From the human T2T-CHM13v2.0 reference genome, Homo sapiens, in assembly GCF_009914755.1 (NCBI RefSeq), contig NC_060928.1: a stretch of DNA of 64,000 bases. One strand, 5' to 3'. The notes beneath the pieces are model-generated. The model had not been told where the DNA came from and ran no database searches. It was given only the letters and a program-made list of their open reading frames with translations. Positions 1-12,720 of the stretch are shown piece after piece (the first letter of the stretch is position 1; each line of letters begins with the position of its first letter). Both the position numbers and the translations under genes were made by a program.

Positions 1-100
1 TGAAAGACAGAATCATTAGAAAACCAAACCTCAGCATCATGCAATATACCCATATAACAAACCTGCACATGTACCCCGAATCTAAAATTTTAAAATTAAT
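1..100 (+). mobile_element. L1 3' terminus, cut by the window edge
   Basis: aaacctcagcatcatgcaatatacccatataacaaacctgcacatgtacccc-gaatctaaaa is the typical L1P/L1M 3' UTR end, followed by an A-rich tail. Confidence 0.8.
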
Positions 101-274
101 AATTTAAAAACTTTTAATATTGTTAAATAAAATTCTGTCAAAACAAATCTATGTCACAATTTCCAGTTTAATGAAACTTGGGATGTAACTTTTTTGCTTC
201 TTTTCCCCTATGATTTCCTCCAGGCACTAGAGACTACAATTTGCATTCCTCTTGTCTTTACTGAAGGACTACAG

Positions 275-335
275 TGTGCATATTGTCCAATTTGAAAACA
301 TTTAAGAATACCATATGTATTAAGAATATATAACT
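275..335 (+). repeat. Dispersed 61-bp direct repeat, copy 1 (copy 2 at 1825-1885)
   Basis: tgtgcatattgtccaatttgaaaacatttaagaataccatatgtattaagaatatataact matches 1825-1885 at 58/61. Confidence 0.9.
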
Positions 336-1824
336 AAGAAATAATATTTTTCTTACCACTGTCTCCACTATTTTTACCATTAAGTTCAATGGGTTAAATC
401 TAATTTCTCAATCATGCTGAACATTCATATGTATTTGGCATATTAATTTTCAGATATACAAAATATCAATAATAAAACAAATATGCTTTGGAAATTTGCA
501 AAAGATTAAGTATTTAAAGCATCAAAGAGGTAGCAATTTTGGTTCTAAAGTTCTTGCACTTTTCACTATGGCTCAGCTTCCATAAACACCATAATGCTTC
601 CTTGCGTCCCTACGGGGTACCGTTCAATGAATGGTTCATTTATCAGCTTGTTTCAGAATAGAGAAAATATTGCCACATATAGTACCAAAAAATTTTATTG
701 TGTCTTACAAATTGTGAGCATTTTTATAAAACAGTATGAGACAGTGTATAATGAGTGCATGACTTATTCTTAAAATAGTGAACTGAGACTCAAAATGTCA
801 ACTTGTGTGAATGACAATTGTTTCGATGTGGAGTAAAATGTACTCTCTAGTTTCACTTGGTTGCTCTGTACTAGAAAGTGCTGAAGGAATCCAGCAGTGA
901 TTAAGTAGGCTGTCAAATGGAATGTCTTTAGAGGGAGCCTAAACTATTATTTAGGTTGAAACAGTGGTATTAAAATCACAGCCATTAGGGACAAAGCAAA
1001 GAAAGAGTGAACTGCAAAATGTGCAAATCTGTATAAGGGATATGAATGGAAAGATGTTTTCCTGGCTACTAATATCTCAATTCTAAGACTCTATAATTGA
1101 TATACACTTGGAAAAGTGATGATGAGACATTTTCTAATAATGACATAATTCTCATCCATCATGGCTGGCCATCCATCAAAGCTTTGTGATGCTTTGATTG
1201 ATGAAATGAGAAGAAAGCAAGCATTCCCTGTTTTAGCTAAAGGACAGATTCATTTTAAAAATTGCACTCTGCTTTCAAGATTAAAATAAATCTCTTAATC
1301 AAGTGGATGTTATCAAATAAATGGCTAGCTAGTAACAGATCCTTAGGTCTTGTGATAGCAATTAATACTACCATGAAAACAGGTACACATAAGCACTACC
1401 ATTAGATTGCAAGAGTCAGCCCTTCCTATTGAAGCCCTCTTAACTTATGGGCTTCAGTGCATTCATGCCAGAGGTGCCTTGGATGCCTGACTGTGGGTCA
1501 CTGTTGGGCAAAGAAGACATCCACAATCATGAGAGCCAGAGTAGCATGTGGAGAACAGTATCTTGAATAAAATTAGTGCCAGGAGCTCAGGTGGGGAGAT
1601 AAGTGGATTAGAAGAAGCAAGCAAATCCAAGGCAAGGTTATTTGGGCTGATTCTGAAAATGGCAGTGTGCAGTAGGACAGGGATGATACCCATGTGTATG
1701 GAAGTTCTACTTAAAGTAAGTAGGATGAAATGAATCATGTGTGAATGTTTACCAACTCAGTATTGTGACTTGGAGGAGAAAAACAAACATATATTCCCGA
1801 GAAAGGCCAAATCCATGAGAGAAA

Positions 1825-1950
1825 TGTGCATACTGTCCAATTTGAAAACATTTAAGAATATTATATGTATTAAGAATATATAACTGTATGTATTAAGAAT
1901 ATATACCATATGTATTAAGAATATATACTATATGTATTAAGAATGTATAT
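1825..1950 (+). repeat. Copy 2 of the 61-bp repeat, running into a ~22-bp tandem array of 4 units
   Basis: Units beginning tatgtattaagaat start at 1864, 1887, 1909 and 1931. Confidence 0.9.
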
Positions 1951-2748
1951 AAAGAGAAGGTGAAACAGTTTCTGGTGAAGTATATTTATTCTTTTCAAAC
2001 AATTTTAGAGTAAATGAACACTGAAACTGGAATTGATATGTAAACATTGTGATTTATAAAATCACACAGACATTTTTCTACTGATTTTATTTAGAATTAG
2101 ATTATATTAGTGGGCACAAAATGAGAACTATATTTTAAAATAACTAATGATATTTAAATAGGCTGTTAAAATACATGATTGAGTCACCAAAATCAAATAA
2201 ACCTAATAGTCCAAAATAAAAAGACAGAACAAAATGCTAGGAAATATTTATTTTAATTACATGATCCTTTGTCAAAATTGAGAGTATAAAGGGTCAGGTT
2301 ACTGAAGAGTGAGGAATATTTTCTTTGGAAAGGCTATTCCACATATCCCACGTTTTAATCTAAGCGTACAGGGAGAGTTTGATGCGTCCTCCGCATTGGA
2401 GGAGTGGGAGTGGAGAATACCATGAGTTCATATGTGTATCTACCACTACATAAATGGCCAGAGATGAAATGGCTTTGTGGGGAGGGCCTGCATTCTCTGA
2501 GCATATAAAGGTTAAAGAAGAGTGAGTATGTCATTTGAAACTGATGTAGGCAAGAGTAAGATCGAACTTCAGTAAAATTATCTCAAGTCCTGACCAAGTG
2601 GGTTACTTGGAAGAGCAAACTCAGCACAAACATGTTGAATTCGTATTGACACTCTGATGGGTTGAGGAAGATAAATCAATGGGGTAAGTGAATGGGCCAA
2701 ATCAAGAATACCACAGGTGAGGGGTCCTTAAAAATTGGGGCAGGACCA

Positions 2749-2891
<143 letters not shown>

Positions 2892-2936
<45 letters not shown>

Positions 2937-3008
2937 TATATATACATATATATACACACACATATATATATACATATATATACACACACACACATATATA
3001 TATGTATA
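2892..3008. repeat. Compound (TA)n/(CA)n microsatellite
   Basis: Directly visible; accounts for the low-complexity ORFs at 2676-3155. Confidence 0.95.
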
Positions 3009-4379
3009 CGATCAACAAATATGCCTACACAAATTGAAGCTAGTTTTAAAAAGTGTCAAGGTCCAGAAAGTATAGAACTAGCTATGACAGTAACAATCAA
3101 ATACAAATGTCCTTTCCTCTACTTAACTTTTCTCCCTCCCTATGCTCCAACTTGATTCAGAAACTATGGTTGGTGATATAGTGGCAGAACAGAGAGAGAA
3201 GAAAAAAGCTGAATAGACCTTCTTCTTTTGTTCATTTGTTTTTCTATCTGTAGACCCTAGCTGGGAGCAGAGTAGCTGTAACTTTGAATGAAAGTAGAAG
3301 CTTGGATTATTATATTAGTCTGGACATTCTAAATAATGACTCACATCTATGCATTTGCTGCTTTAAAGACACTTTGTGTTGTCTAAGTTTTGAACGCTAA
3401 GCTTTTACTCAGGTTAGAAAAATCTAGCTTCCCTGAATAAAGGTAAAAAGAACAGGGAAGAATAAAATACATTTGCTTTGGGATTCAATTCCACTAGCAT
3501 GGCTTGTTCAATATACTGATTGTGTTATATGCGGGTCCATTCAGAATTTTTGTAGCAATCTCTATACATTACCAAAAATGCATGCTGGATTTCCTAAAAA
3601 ATTCTTATACAAAAAACCGGAGCCAGGATGTCCAATGAAATTTAAATGAAGATCAGATTTTTACTTATTATAGACATTCTAACATTCTGAGTCACGCTGT
3701 GTTTGGCAATTTAAAGTACCATGGCTGTTATCTAAGAGCCACCACATAAGCCCTGGCAGTGCCCAACTTTTCATACAATATCAGCAAAGAACTCACTTGA
3801 GTGGATGAAATTCAAAGAGACATTTGGAGATAAAATGAAGTCTCTTCATGACTGTACACATGTGTCATGGTATAAGAGGAAAATAACACACCAAGCAAGC
3901 AACCAATCAACAAAACAAACTCACCTCCTCAGAAGCTCAGTTTATATTCACCAAGTGATTTAGGCTCTGGAAGGTTATGTTCTTCCTTTCTACAAAAACT
4001 TGAATAAGCTTCTGGATGCTAAATTATGGTTATTTGATAAAAAAAATGTAATGCTGGTCAAAATCAAAATTACATAGAAAAATATCTTTTTCGTGCTTGG
4101 GGTTTTTCTTGATCTGTACCTCCAGGTAGCAAGTCTATACTCAGTTCAATGCTATTTAAAATTTTGGGGGGGAAATCATGGACCCCTTTTAAAGTCTGAG
4201 GAAAGCCTTTCCTTTTTTGCTCTTGCTCAAAAACATGCATATATGCACTTAAGGTGCATCTGTTGCTTTTGGTGGCCCATATCACTCCCTCTTCATTACA
4301 GTAGATTTCCCCTCTCTTCTGTCGAGGAACACATTGAAGGTGCATTTGGAGCACATTAGGGTGCATTTGGAGCTGACCT

Positions 4380-4790
4380 CACCCTCCAAATGGAAAGCAC
4401 TAGATATGTTACCCAGGCCTGACCCTTTAGCTATGGACCTCCCTTACCGTGGTGGTTCATTCATGTATGGACACATGAACTAAGCTAGACCAGGTACAGC
4501 TCTCCACATAACTCTTGCTGAAATTGTGGCAAGAGTGCCTTCTTTCCCTGAGGCTCTAAGGTGATGGAGTGTGAGACTTGGGCAGAGGGAAGACATCATT
4601 TCTGACATGTTTCAAGGGTCTGTCTTGATGGTAGAGAGCAGATAAAGCCCCAATATCCTTTAAGCTTCTGGAACAAGAACTTCTTGAAGCCAACTGTACC
4701 CCTTGATTTTTGGGTAATATGAACTAAAAAATTCCCTTTCTAATTTAAACTAGTTCGCATTAGGTTTCTATTTGCTGTAACTTATGCCCA
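4380..4790 (+). mobile_element. Degraded MaLR LTR (MLT1J/K-like)
   Basis: 3' end aaaattccctttctaatttaaactagttcgcattaggtttctatttgctgtaac resembles an old MLT1 terminus; boundaries approximate. Confidence 0.45.
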
Positions 4791-5779
4791 AATTGCTAAT
4801 GTTGTATTATAACTTTATGGGTTCCTGAATCCAAGAAATTCATTAACCTCTCAACCCAAGTTAAGAAAATCTCTCTTTGTGCGTCTTCTTGAAATAGACT
4901 CCTGAGAATTAATGAGGGAAAAAGAAAACATTACCAAAGGAGAGAAAAAAAAAAAAGACATACATATCTCCTAATTCTTGAGTTTTTCCTAACTCCCTAT
5001 TTCTTGTTTACCTCCATTACCTCTGGGAAAGAAGATATATGTCTCTTTTGAACAATAAAAAGCAAATAATATGTTAATGTTTATAGGAGGAGGGATATGA
5101 TGGTTAATATACATGCAATCATTGAATTTGTTATAATTACAGGCAATTGTTCAATAGAACGTCAATTTATTTATATATCTGAAAGCATTTAGTACATAAT
5201 AGGTGATTAAAAATAATTATAACATGTGTGAATAAATTATCAGTTAAGGGTGGACAAAGTTTGTAGGTAACTATGACTAGTCATGAATACAATGTGTATT
5301 TTTACAAATTTGATCCTGGCTCATTATTCTTAAAATGCCATGGCATGTTTATCTTCATGAGAATATGAAGTATTTTTCCTTGAAGAGTAAAGTTGTTACA
5401 AGAGAAGATAGTTTTGTGTGTATGTGTGTGTGTGTATGTATTGTATAGTGTGTGTATCTGCGTTTGCTTCTACTTGTGTGTTTACATTTATGAAGTAAAA
5501 GAAGAAAGTGATAAAGGGGGATTTTTTTCCACCAATAGATGGAAGAGAAAAAAATCTCATTTCTCCCTTAGTTGCAAAGAAATGTCACACACTGGAAAAC
5601 AGCTGGTAAACAATGGCATAAAAAAGATAAGTTACATTCACACTATGATCATTATCTCAGCTGAAGATTTTTAAATATTTTCTCTATAATTTAGAAATGA
5701 CTTCTGTTTTCCATGTTTGAATTGTTGAGTTATGCTAAGCTTTCCATTGAACACTTTTCCTTCCTTCTTGACTATTATG

Positions 5780-6380
5780 CTCCATATATCGTCTAATTCA
5801 AAGCACCATCATCTCTTTGCAGAGCTACTGCAATGGCCTCCTAAAGTGGTTTTTCTGCTTCCACCCTTGCTTTCCAGTCTATTTTCCACTGATTAGGCAG
5901 AGTGGTCCTGTTAAAGTGTAAATGAGACAGTCATACCTGTGCCCTATCTCTGAGAAAATTCAAACCTTTCCATTTCTCATAGGCAAATTATCTGATTTTA
6001 TCTTCTGATATTCCCCTCTTTGCTCTTACTCTCCCCTAGGCTAAGAACAGTGGTCTCTATTAAATTATGTTCTGCTTAGAGCACTCTTCCTCCTAGATAC
6101 CAAATGATTCATGTTCTAACTTCCTTCAGGTCTCCGCTAAAACATCATTTTGTCAGAGATACCACTCTGATCACTTTATATATAACAGTTACTTACCACC
6201 ATTATCATTTGTTATTCTTTTATCTTATTTTTTCTAAATCTGACATTATTTATTTATTTGTTTATTGTCTATCTGCCCTTTATTGAAAATAAGCTCCAGG
6301 AGGACAAGGGTTTTTTTGTTAACAGCTGTATTTCTAGTTCTTGGAAGAGTGTGGAACCATAATGAAAATCTGTTGAATTT
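5780..6380 (+). mobile_element. L2 3' fragment
   Basis: accatcatctct...ctactgcaatggcctcctaa and terminal aagctccaggaggacaaggg...ctgtatttctag...tgttgaat match L2 3' motifs. Confidence 0.65.
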
Positions 6381-7390
6381 ATAAATTTTCTTAATGAAGA
6401 AGTAACTTGCACAGACTTCATAGTATGAAGGCTGAGACAACCACAGGCAGATTAAAATAGTAATACCTAACTTTTATTAATGCACCTGAGACAGAGTTCA
6501 AGGGATATGCAGGATATTAAAAGATAGAACCAAGGCCAGAGACACTGTCTTAGAAATTATTTCTTTTTTTGTTTTTCTTGCACCTTGTGAGAAAGAATCA
6601 GCTCTATATACTTCTAAAACATAAATCAGTAAAGTTTCTGACACCTGACAAAAGGGTAGAGAGGCAAGATGCCTTATTTATAAGAAGTCATGCTCAGAGA
6701 ATAAAAGTCCTTGTGGCAGAGACTGTGAATCTATTGTAAGAAGGCTTGGAGGAGCTATCACAACAGTCACAATCCACTCTTCAACTTCTAGAATGTCATG
6801 AGGCATAATGCATTGCTAAAGAGCTGCCAGCTCCCTCCCCAGAGGAGATGCCATCTCTTTGACAAGTGAAGTAAATTTTCTCTGCTAATCTGTGAAGATT
6901 CTCCAGCCCTTGAGTTCTTGAGAGTATGAATGCAAGATACTGTGGGTGTGAAAAGTTAAAATAAAAAAGAGTTATTCATGTCATTCACAAGTAATTTGTT
7001 TTTGGGAAAGACCTGACTTCTTTTCTGAAGTGGTATATTAAGGTTTCAAATTAAATACTTATAGTAAGAAATATGTTATTTCATATGTGTAGTTGTAGAT
7101 TACCTTACCTCACAATTACTTTATTATCATCCATTGAGAACGTTCAGTATGATTCCTTATAGCCTATACTTGAATACAAAAAAGGTGTTGAAGTGCGTGT
7201 CACTCTAGGGTTCCCTCTGGCTATACCCACCCTCACCATTGCTTCATAGGGCCCAATTTATGGAGGAATATGGTAGCATATGGAGTCCAATTTCCTTCTA
7301 TTTTTGTCATCACCTTTTATTTTTAAGCTCAATGAAATAGAAATAAAAACTATCTTTCAATTAAAAAGTTCAATTAAAAAATATATTTTT

Positions 7391-7696
7391 TGGTTTTTTT
7401 TTGTTTGTTTTTGAGAAAGAGTCTCTCTCTGTCACCCATGCTGGAGTATAGTGGCGTGATCATGGCTCACTGCACCCTTGACCTTCCTGGGCTCAGGTAG
7501 TTCTATTCTCTCAGCTTCCTGAATAGCTGGAACTCCAGGTGTGCGCCACCATGTCCCGCTAATTTTTCTATTATTTGTAGAGACAGGGTTTTGCCGTGTT
7601 GCCCAGGTAGGTCCTGAACTCCTGGCTTCAAGCAATCCTCCCACCTCAGCCTCCCAAAGTGCTGGGATTACAGTTGTGAGTCACAGTGCCTGGCTA
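7391..7696 (-). mobile_element. AluJ
   Basis: Full dimer on the minus strand; gatcatggctcactgcacccttgaccttcctgggctcagg is AluJ-type. Confidence 0.92.
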
Positions 7697-8439
7697 GGAA
7701 GTAATTTTATTTAAAGGAAATTTAGCAAGATAAAAGGGGACAATAGAGAGAAAAAGAAAGGAGCTCAAGCATTGGAATTGAGAGAAGATTTATAATGGAT
7801 GGGGGGATAGAATGAGAGAAAGAGAAAAGAAATGGGAGAGAGTAAAAAGTAGAGGAGAAATGTGTAGTTGAGGAAGAAGGGATGTTTGCCATTGACCTTG
7901 CCAAGGAGCACTTGCCTGGGAAGATTTCTTCCTTTCCAGGCTCTTTTTTTTCTCTAAACACCCAGAGCTTCCTCTGTCTCCACAGGGCCCACCATCCAAG
8001 AACTGTATCAAAGCAGTTTTGTTTTAGAAGGTGGAACACAATGAGAAGAATCAAAATAAGAAAAATATGTCAGAATATTTTCTCATTATTTAGGAAGTTC
8101 CATGAAGTAATACCTGACGTTGTTTTCTACTTGTGGATTATGAAGTTATGACTGGCACTTTTAACCTGAATTATTTTTATCTTAAAGCAGTTCTCTTCTC
8201 TCTCCTTTGTGTTACTAACTCACATTGTTGAGGCATGTAGCTCTGTAATTCACCAATGCTTTTTTTTTTTTTTTGCTTTGAACGGCACCTGTGAGGGACC
8301 TGCCAACCTAACTTCTGGCCTCCTTGTGCTGTCGTTTCATTGCAATGAGCATCAGTAGAACTGGTGAGGGGATGCTTGATAATTTCCTGCTCAGGGTTAG
8401 CCCAGTATGGCTACTTTATATTTTTCTAGGACGTAATCA

Positions 8440-9100
8440 TAAGGAAGGGATATAATGTTGACAAGACATGACAAGGTTTCTGTGATGACAAAGTTTAAAA
8501 TCTCGTAGAGGAGACAGACAGACAAGAAACTGTTAAAGTGAGATTTCTGTGGTAAAAGAGAAATGAAAAATATGTGTGTGCAAAAGACTAGGGGTCCTGA
8601 ATAGCAGATATTTAAAGAGAGATCTGAGAGTTATTAAGAGTTCACAAGTGAAGGACAGAGTGGGAGGAACATTCTAAGCAAAGGCAGGCAAAACCCTGTG
8701 ATGGGAAAAATTATAACGTATTAAGGAATGAAGAAAAAGTTGCTGGAGCAACGAGTAGGAGAGGCAGATGGCATCTAATTCAGATGGGAGATGTTGGTAG
8801 AGGCCAGAATACTGAGGTCTTAGAGGGCATGGAAAAGATTTTGGATATTACCCCAATTGCAGTGGAAATTCACTGATGTTATTCAGTAGACGGCTGGCAT
8901 GACCAATTTAAATATTTTAAAAGTTTCTCTTGTTTCTCTTTAGAGTGTATATCAGTGGAATTCAAAAAATAAATGTGGAAACCTATTTAAAGGGTGATTG
9001 CAGATAACAGTCAATGGTAGCTTGAGCTGGTAGGTTCAAGTTGGTTTGGAGAGAAGTTGATAAATTCAATGGATGTTATAGAGTGACTTAAATACTAAGT
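8440..9100 (-). mobile_element. L2 fragment
   Basis: Purine-rich antisense L2 motifs (gaggaacattctaagcaaagg, tcaatggtagcttgagctgg); boundaries approximate. Confidence 0.5.
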
Positions 9101-9230
9101 AATTTAAATACCATTGGAAGAAAGGGTGGATCAGTGGCATAGCTGAATTATCTGAATTCAAAATTGAGATTTATTGCCTGATGATTCTCATAATATTTAT
9201 GGGAAGAAAAGATAAAATGCTTGAAATAGA

Positions 9231-9634
9231 TGCTATAGTTTGGAATTAAGGTGTACTATGTTCATTTTCTCCAAACCTCATGTTGCAATTTGATCCCCAG
9301 TGTTGGAGGTGGGGCTTAATGGGAGGTCTTTGGGTCATGGGGGCAGATCCTTCATGAATTGATTAATGCCCTCCCTTGGAGGTAAATTCTCACTCTATTA
9401 GCTCCTAACAGGTGGTTGTTTACAAGAGCCTGTACCTCCCACCTCTCTTGCTTTTCCTCTTACCCTGTGATCTCTGGACATGCTGGCTCCCTTTCACTTT
9501 CCACTGTGAGTGGAAGAAGACTGGCCCTCTCCAAATGCAGATGCCCAACCATAAACTTTCCAGCCATCAGAACTGTGAGCCAAATCATCCAGCCTTAGGT
9601 ATTTCTTTATAGCAACACAAAACAGATGAAGACA
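9231..9634 (+). mobile_element. MaLR solo LTR (MSTB/MSTC-like)
   Basis: tgctatagtttgga...ccccagtgttggaggtgggg...tatttctttatagcaacacaaaacagatgaagaca, with TG...CA ends. Confidence 0.85.
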
Positions 9635-10890
9635 TTAGGTGTATCTCAGAAAATTAGAGAGGTATGGTGACTGTCTATATAAGGGTCCTAGGAGGTTACA
9701 CTATTATAAAGAGAGTTTTCATACCAACTTCTTACTCTGTCATAATATTTATGTTTATATATTATGTTTAAATATTATGTTTATAGCTCTAAACATAATA
9801 CTTACCAATTGTTTACTACTGGTCTAATAATTGTTAACAGCTTCACTTATACCATCTTGATTGTTCTTCCAACACAAGTATTAAAATTTTTTCAGCATCA
9901 GTTCTTCTTTTTAATATCAAATGACTTAAAGTTATTAAGTAATTGCCCTTTTCTTAAAAAGAGGAATAGAAGGTAGACTATTTACATGTCTGGCATTTTT
10001 GTAAATGCATATAACATATCAGCCTAGACTTTGTTCTATTGCCTGCACATAGCAATAAAGCAGTCCAAAAAGAGAATTTTTGTAAAAAAGGTTGACATTT
10101 TCTTCTATCGTGATGATAACATTTTAAAGCCATTTAGTAGAGACTGCTTAGTGGGAATTAAAATCATGTATTAAATAATTTTAAAAAGTTATGGGTGTTA
10201 CTAAAATGAAATAAGATATTGTAACTTAAAATTCAGCAAATTAAAAACTGCCACTTTTAGTGAGTTATTTAATCTCATTAATGTATGGTAGTTAAATTCC
10301 ACATTTCAAAAATATCCTTTTTTAGAAAACTTCTTAAGTTAACAACAAAGAAATGATTGGCAACTTATTTATGACTAATAAAATGTTTTCTTCATAATTT
10401 ACCTTCCAACATTCTAAACTAATTGCATCATTCAGATTAAGCACTTTTGGATTGGCTCTATTTAAAATCCCATTGCATTAATGCTTCACTATTAAAAAGT
10501 TCCACTATTAGTTCAAGTACAGTGGGGAGATTTTTATGTCATTTTCGTACCTGGTGTTTCCTTAAAGTGTCCTTGAATATTTTTAAAATTCTACTTTTAC
10601 CCCAAATCTGCAATGTCAATACAGGGCATCCTTCATAAAATAGACACATAATTAATGGGAGCAAATAATGAAGAGAAATATATTCATTTGTTCACACAGC
10701 TTTGTTTTCACTCACTTTACATCCTCACACAGATTCATCTCCTCACTCAATATTTCATTTGACAAACATTGAATAAGCACACCATGTGGGTTTTAACATA
10801 GAGATAAACACACAGAAGTTGCCCATAAGAAAAAGAATGCAACATAGACATCTGTAGAGGGAACTGTGGGAGATAGAGAATTTCTCTCTC

Positions 10891-10986
10891 TTTTTTTAAA
10901 AAGATAGGAGTTTTGCTATATTACCCAGGCTGGTCTCAAACTCCTGGCCTGAAGTTATCCTCCTGCCTGAGCCCCCAGAGTAGCTG
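10891..10986 (-). mobile_element. FLAM/Alu monomer fragment
   Basis: cccaggctggtctcaaactcctggcctgaagttatcctcctgcc. Confidence 0.8.
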
Positions 10987-10989
10987 TGA

Positions 10990-11116
10990 AAGATTTATAA
11001 TAAAGAGAAATGTATTTGGCTCATGGTTCTAGAGGCTGGGAAGTTCAAGTGCATGGTGCTGGCATCCTTGTGCGGCATCAATTCATGGCAGAAAGCAGGA
11101 AGGCAAGAGAGGGTGA
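10990..11116 (-). mobile_element. MST-type MaLR LTR fragment
   Basis: atttataataaagagaaatgtatttggctcatggttctagaggctgggaagttcaag. Confidence 0.7.
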
Positions 11117-11330
11117 TATCGGGAAGCAGCTGTCACCAGTTTCGGTGTTTTCTATGTTTTGGGAGATTGCCATTCCTTGGTGCTAGCTGTGAACAATTAC
11201 TATTTTAGAGAGACAGCTAATAACCGTCTAATCATCACCTGGTGGTCATCTGACATTCTGGGGGGTGTGAGTGTGTGGAGCGGGGCCCTTTCCTGCCCTG
11301 CTCATGACTGACTAGCTACCTACTGTAACA
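11117..11330 (-). mobile_element. ERV1-class LTR, 5' part (MER50/MER66-like)
   Basis: Reverse complement begins tgttacagtaggtagctagtcagtcatgagcagggcagg; subfamily from memory. Confidence 0.6.
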
Positions 11331-11724
11331 AAGCCTTGAATCTATTTCAATGTTTTTGTTATCATTTCAATGGAGTGCAAAAAATGAATTAAATAAATAA
11401 CATGCCAAGTATTTTAATGCTTCTGTCAATTCATATATTTTTAAGGTTTGGTAAGGATGATAGACTTATTGCTACTGTATCAGTTATATGTTTTATCTAT
11501 CATACTTTGTATAATCATTGCTGCATTATAGTTTCTATCTGGTTTATTAAACATGTGGCTAAGTGAGAAGGAAAGCTCTTAGATGAAATCCACTACTCTT
11601 TTCTGTCCATTTCTTTCATTGGGAGTAGATTAGAGCATGTTTTACTGAAAAACCATTGCTGTACTCAAAGGCAGAATTACTTGTGATACGTTTGGTTTAA
11701 ATTAAACCCATACTATAGCTTCTT

Positions 11725-12016
11725 TTTTTATTTCTGATTTCTATGTCCTTTTTAATAACTTTTAAGTTTTATTTTATGAAGTACAAATGCAGGTTTTTTT
11801 TACATAGGTAAACCCCCGTGTGTTGTGGGGGTTTCTTGTGATTATTTCATCACCCAGATATTAAGCCTTGTACCCACTGGCTATTTTTCTTAATCCTCTC
11901 CCTCCTCCACCCTCTACCTTCTGAAAGGCCCCAGTGTGTGTTTTTCCCCTCTATATGTCCATGTGTTCTCATCATTTAGCTCCCACTTATAAGTGAAAAC
12001 ATGTGGTATTTGGTTT
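11725..12016 (-). mobile_element. 5'-truncated L1PA (older subfamily) 3' end with 11-bp TSD
   Basis: L1PA 3' UTR (tctcatcatttagctcccacttataagtgaaaacatgtggtatttgg); TSD tatagcttctt at 11714-11724 and 12017-12027; TTTT/AA endonuclease site on the minus strand. Confidence 0.88.
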
Positions 12017-12486
12017 TATAGCTTCTTAAAACTGCTGATATTAACAAGATATTTTTATTTATATGTACATATATATATGAGAGTATGAAAAATACGTGCA
12101 GGTGATTTTTTGTGTGCCAATCATGGGCCTGTCTATAGACGGCATGCACTGCTGAAAGTAGAAATTCAAATCACACTAAGAAAATATAAAAACTCTAACA
12201 GTCCTAAATTGTGCAATGTTATTGTTTGTTATTCTGTAAGTTGCTTATATAAATAGAGAAATGATGGCATGAAACTATATTTAAGAATTCTTAATTTTTT
12301 TTTTACCTAAATTCTGTGTCTTCCAGTTTTAATAGTAAGGCATTTTCAATGTGCACATTTCTGCATTACCTTCCATAGCCTTATTATTATCTTAGTTGCT
12401 TTCTACTTGCCAAAGACATTCACTGTATTTTCTCTTTTAAAGTTCAGTACTTGATTCCTTTCTTTTCTCTATGGAAAACAGACTAC

Positions 12487-12720
12487 CTATCATTTATTGA
12501 GCAAACATTCTATTTCTAGTAGTGAGCTAAATTACATTATATTCAGTATATCATTTAATCCCCACGGCAACTCTGAGTTTGCTATTATTATTTTAACTAA
12601 TTGACTTAGAAGATAAATGGTAATGGAGTGAAGTGTCTGACTGTTTAAGTAAGTGTCAGAACCAGGATTTGCATTCATATCTAGACTCATATGAATTCAA
12701 AGCCTTTACACTTAACCTCT
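12487..12720 (-). mobile_element. MIR
   Basis: catttattgagc...tcatttaatccccacggcaactctgag...accaggatttg...caaagcctttacacttaacc. Confidence 0.65.
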
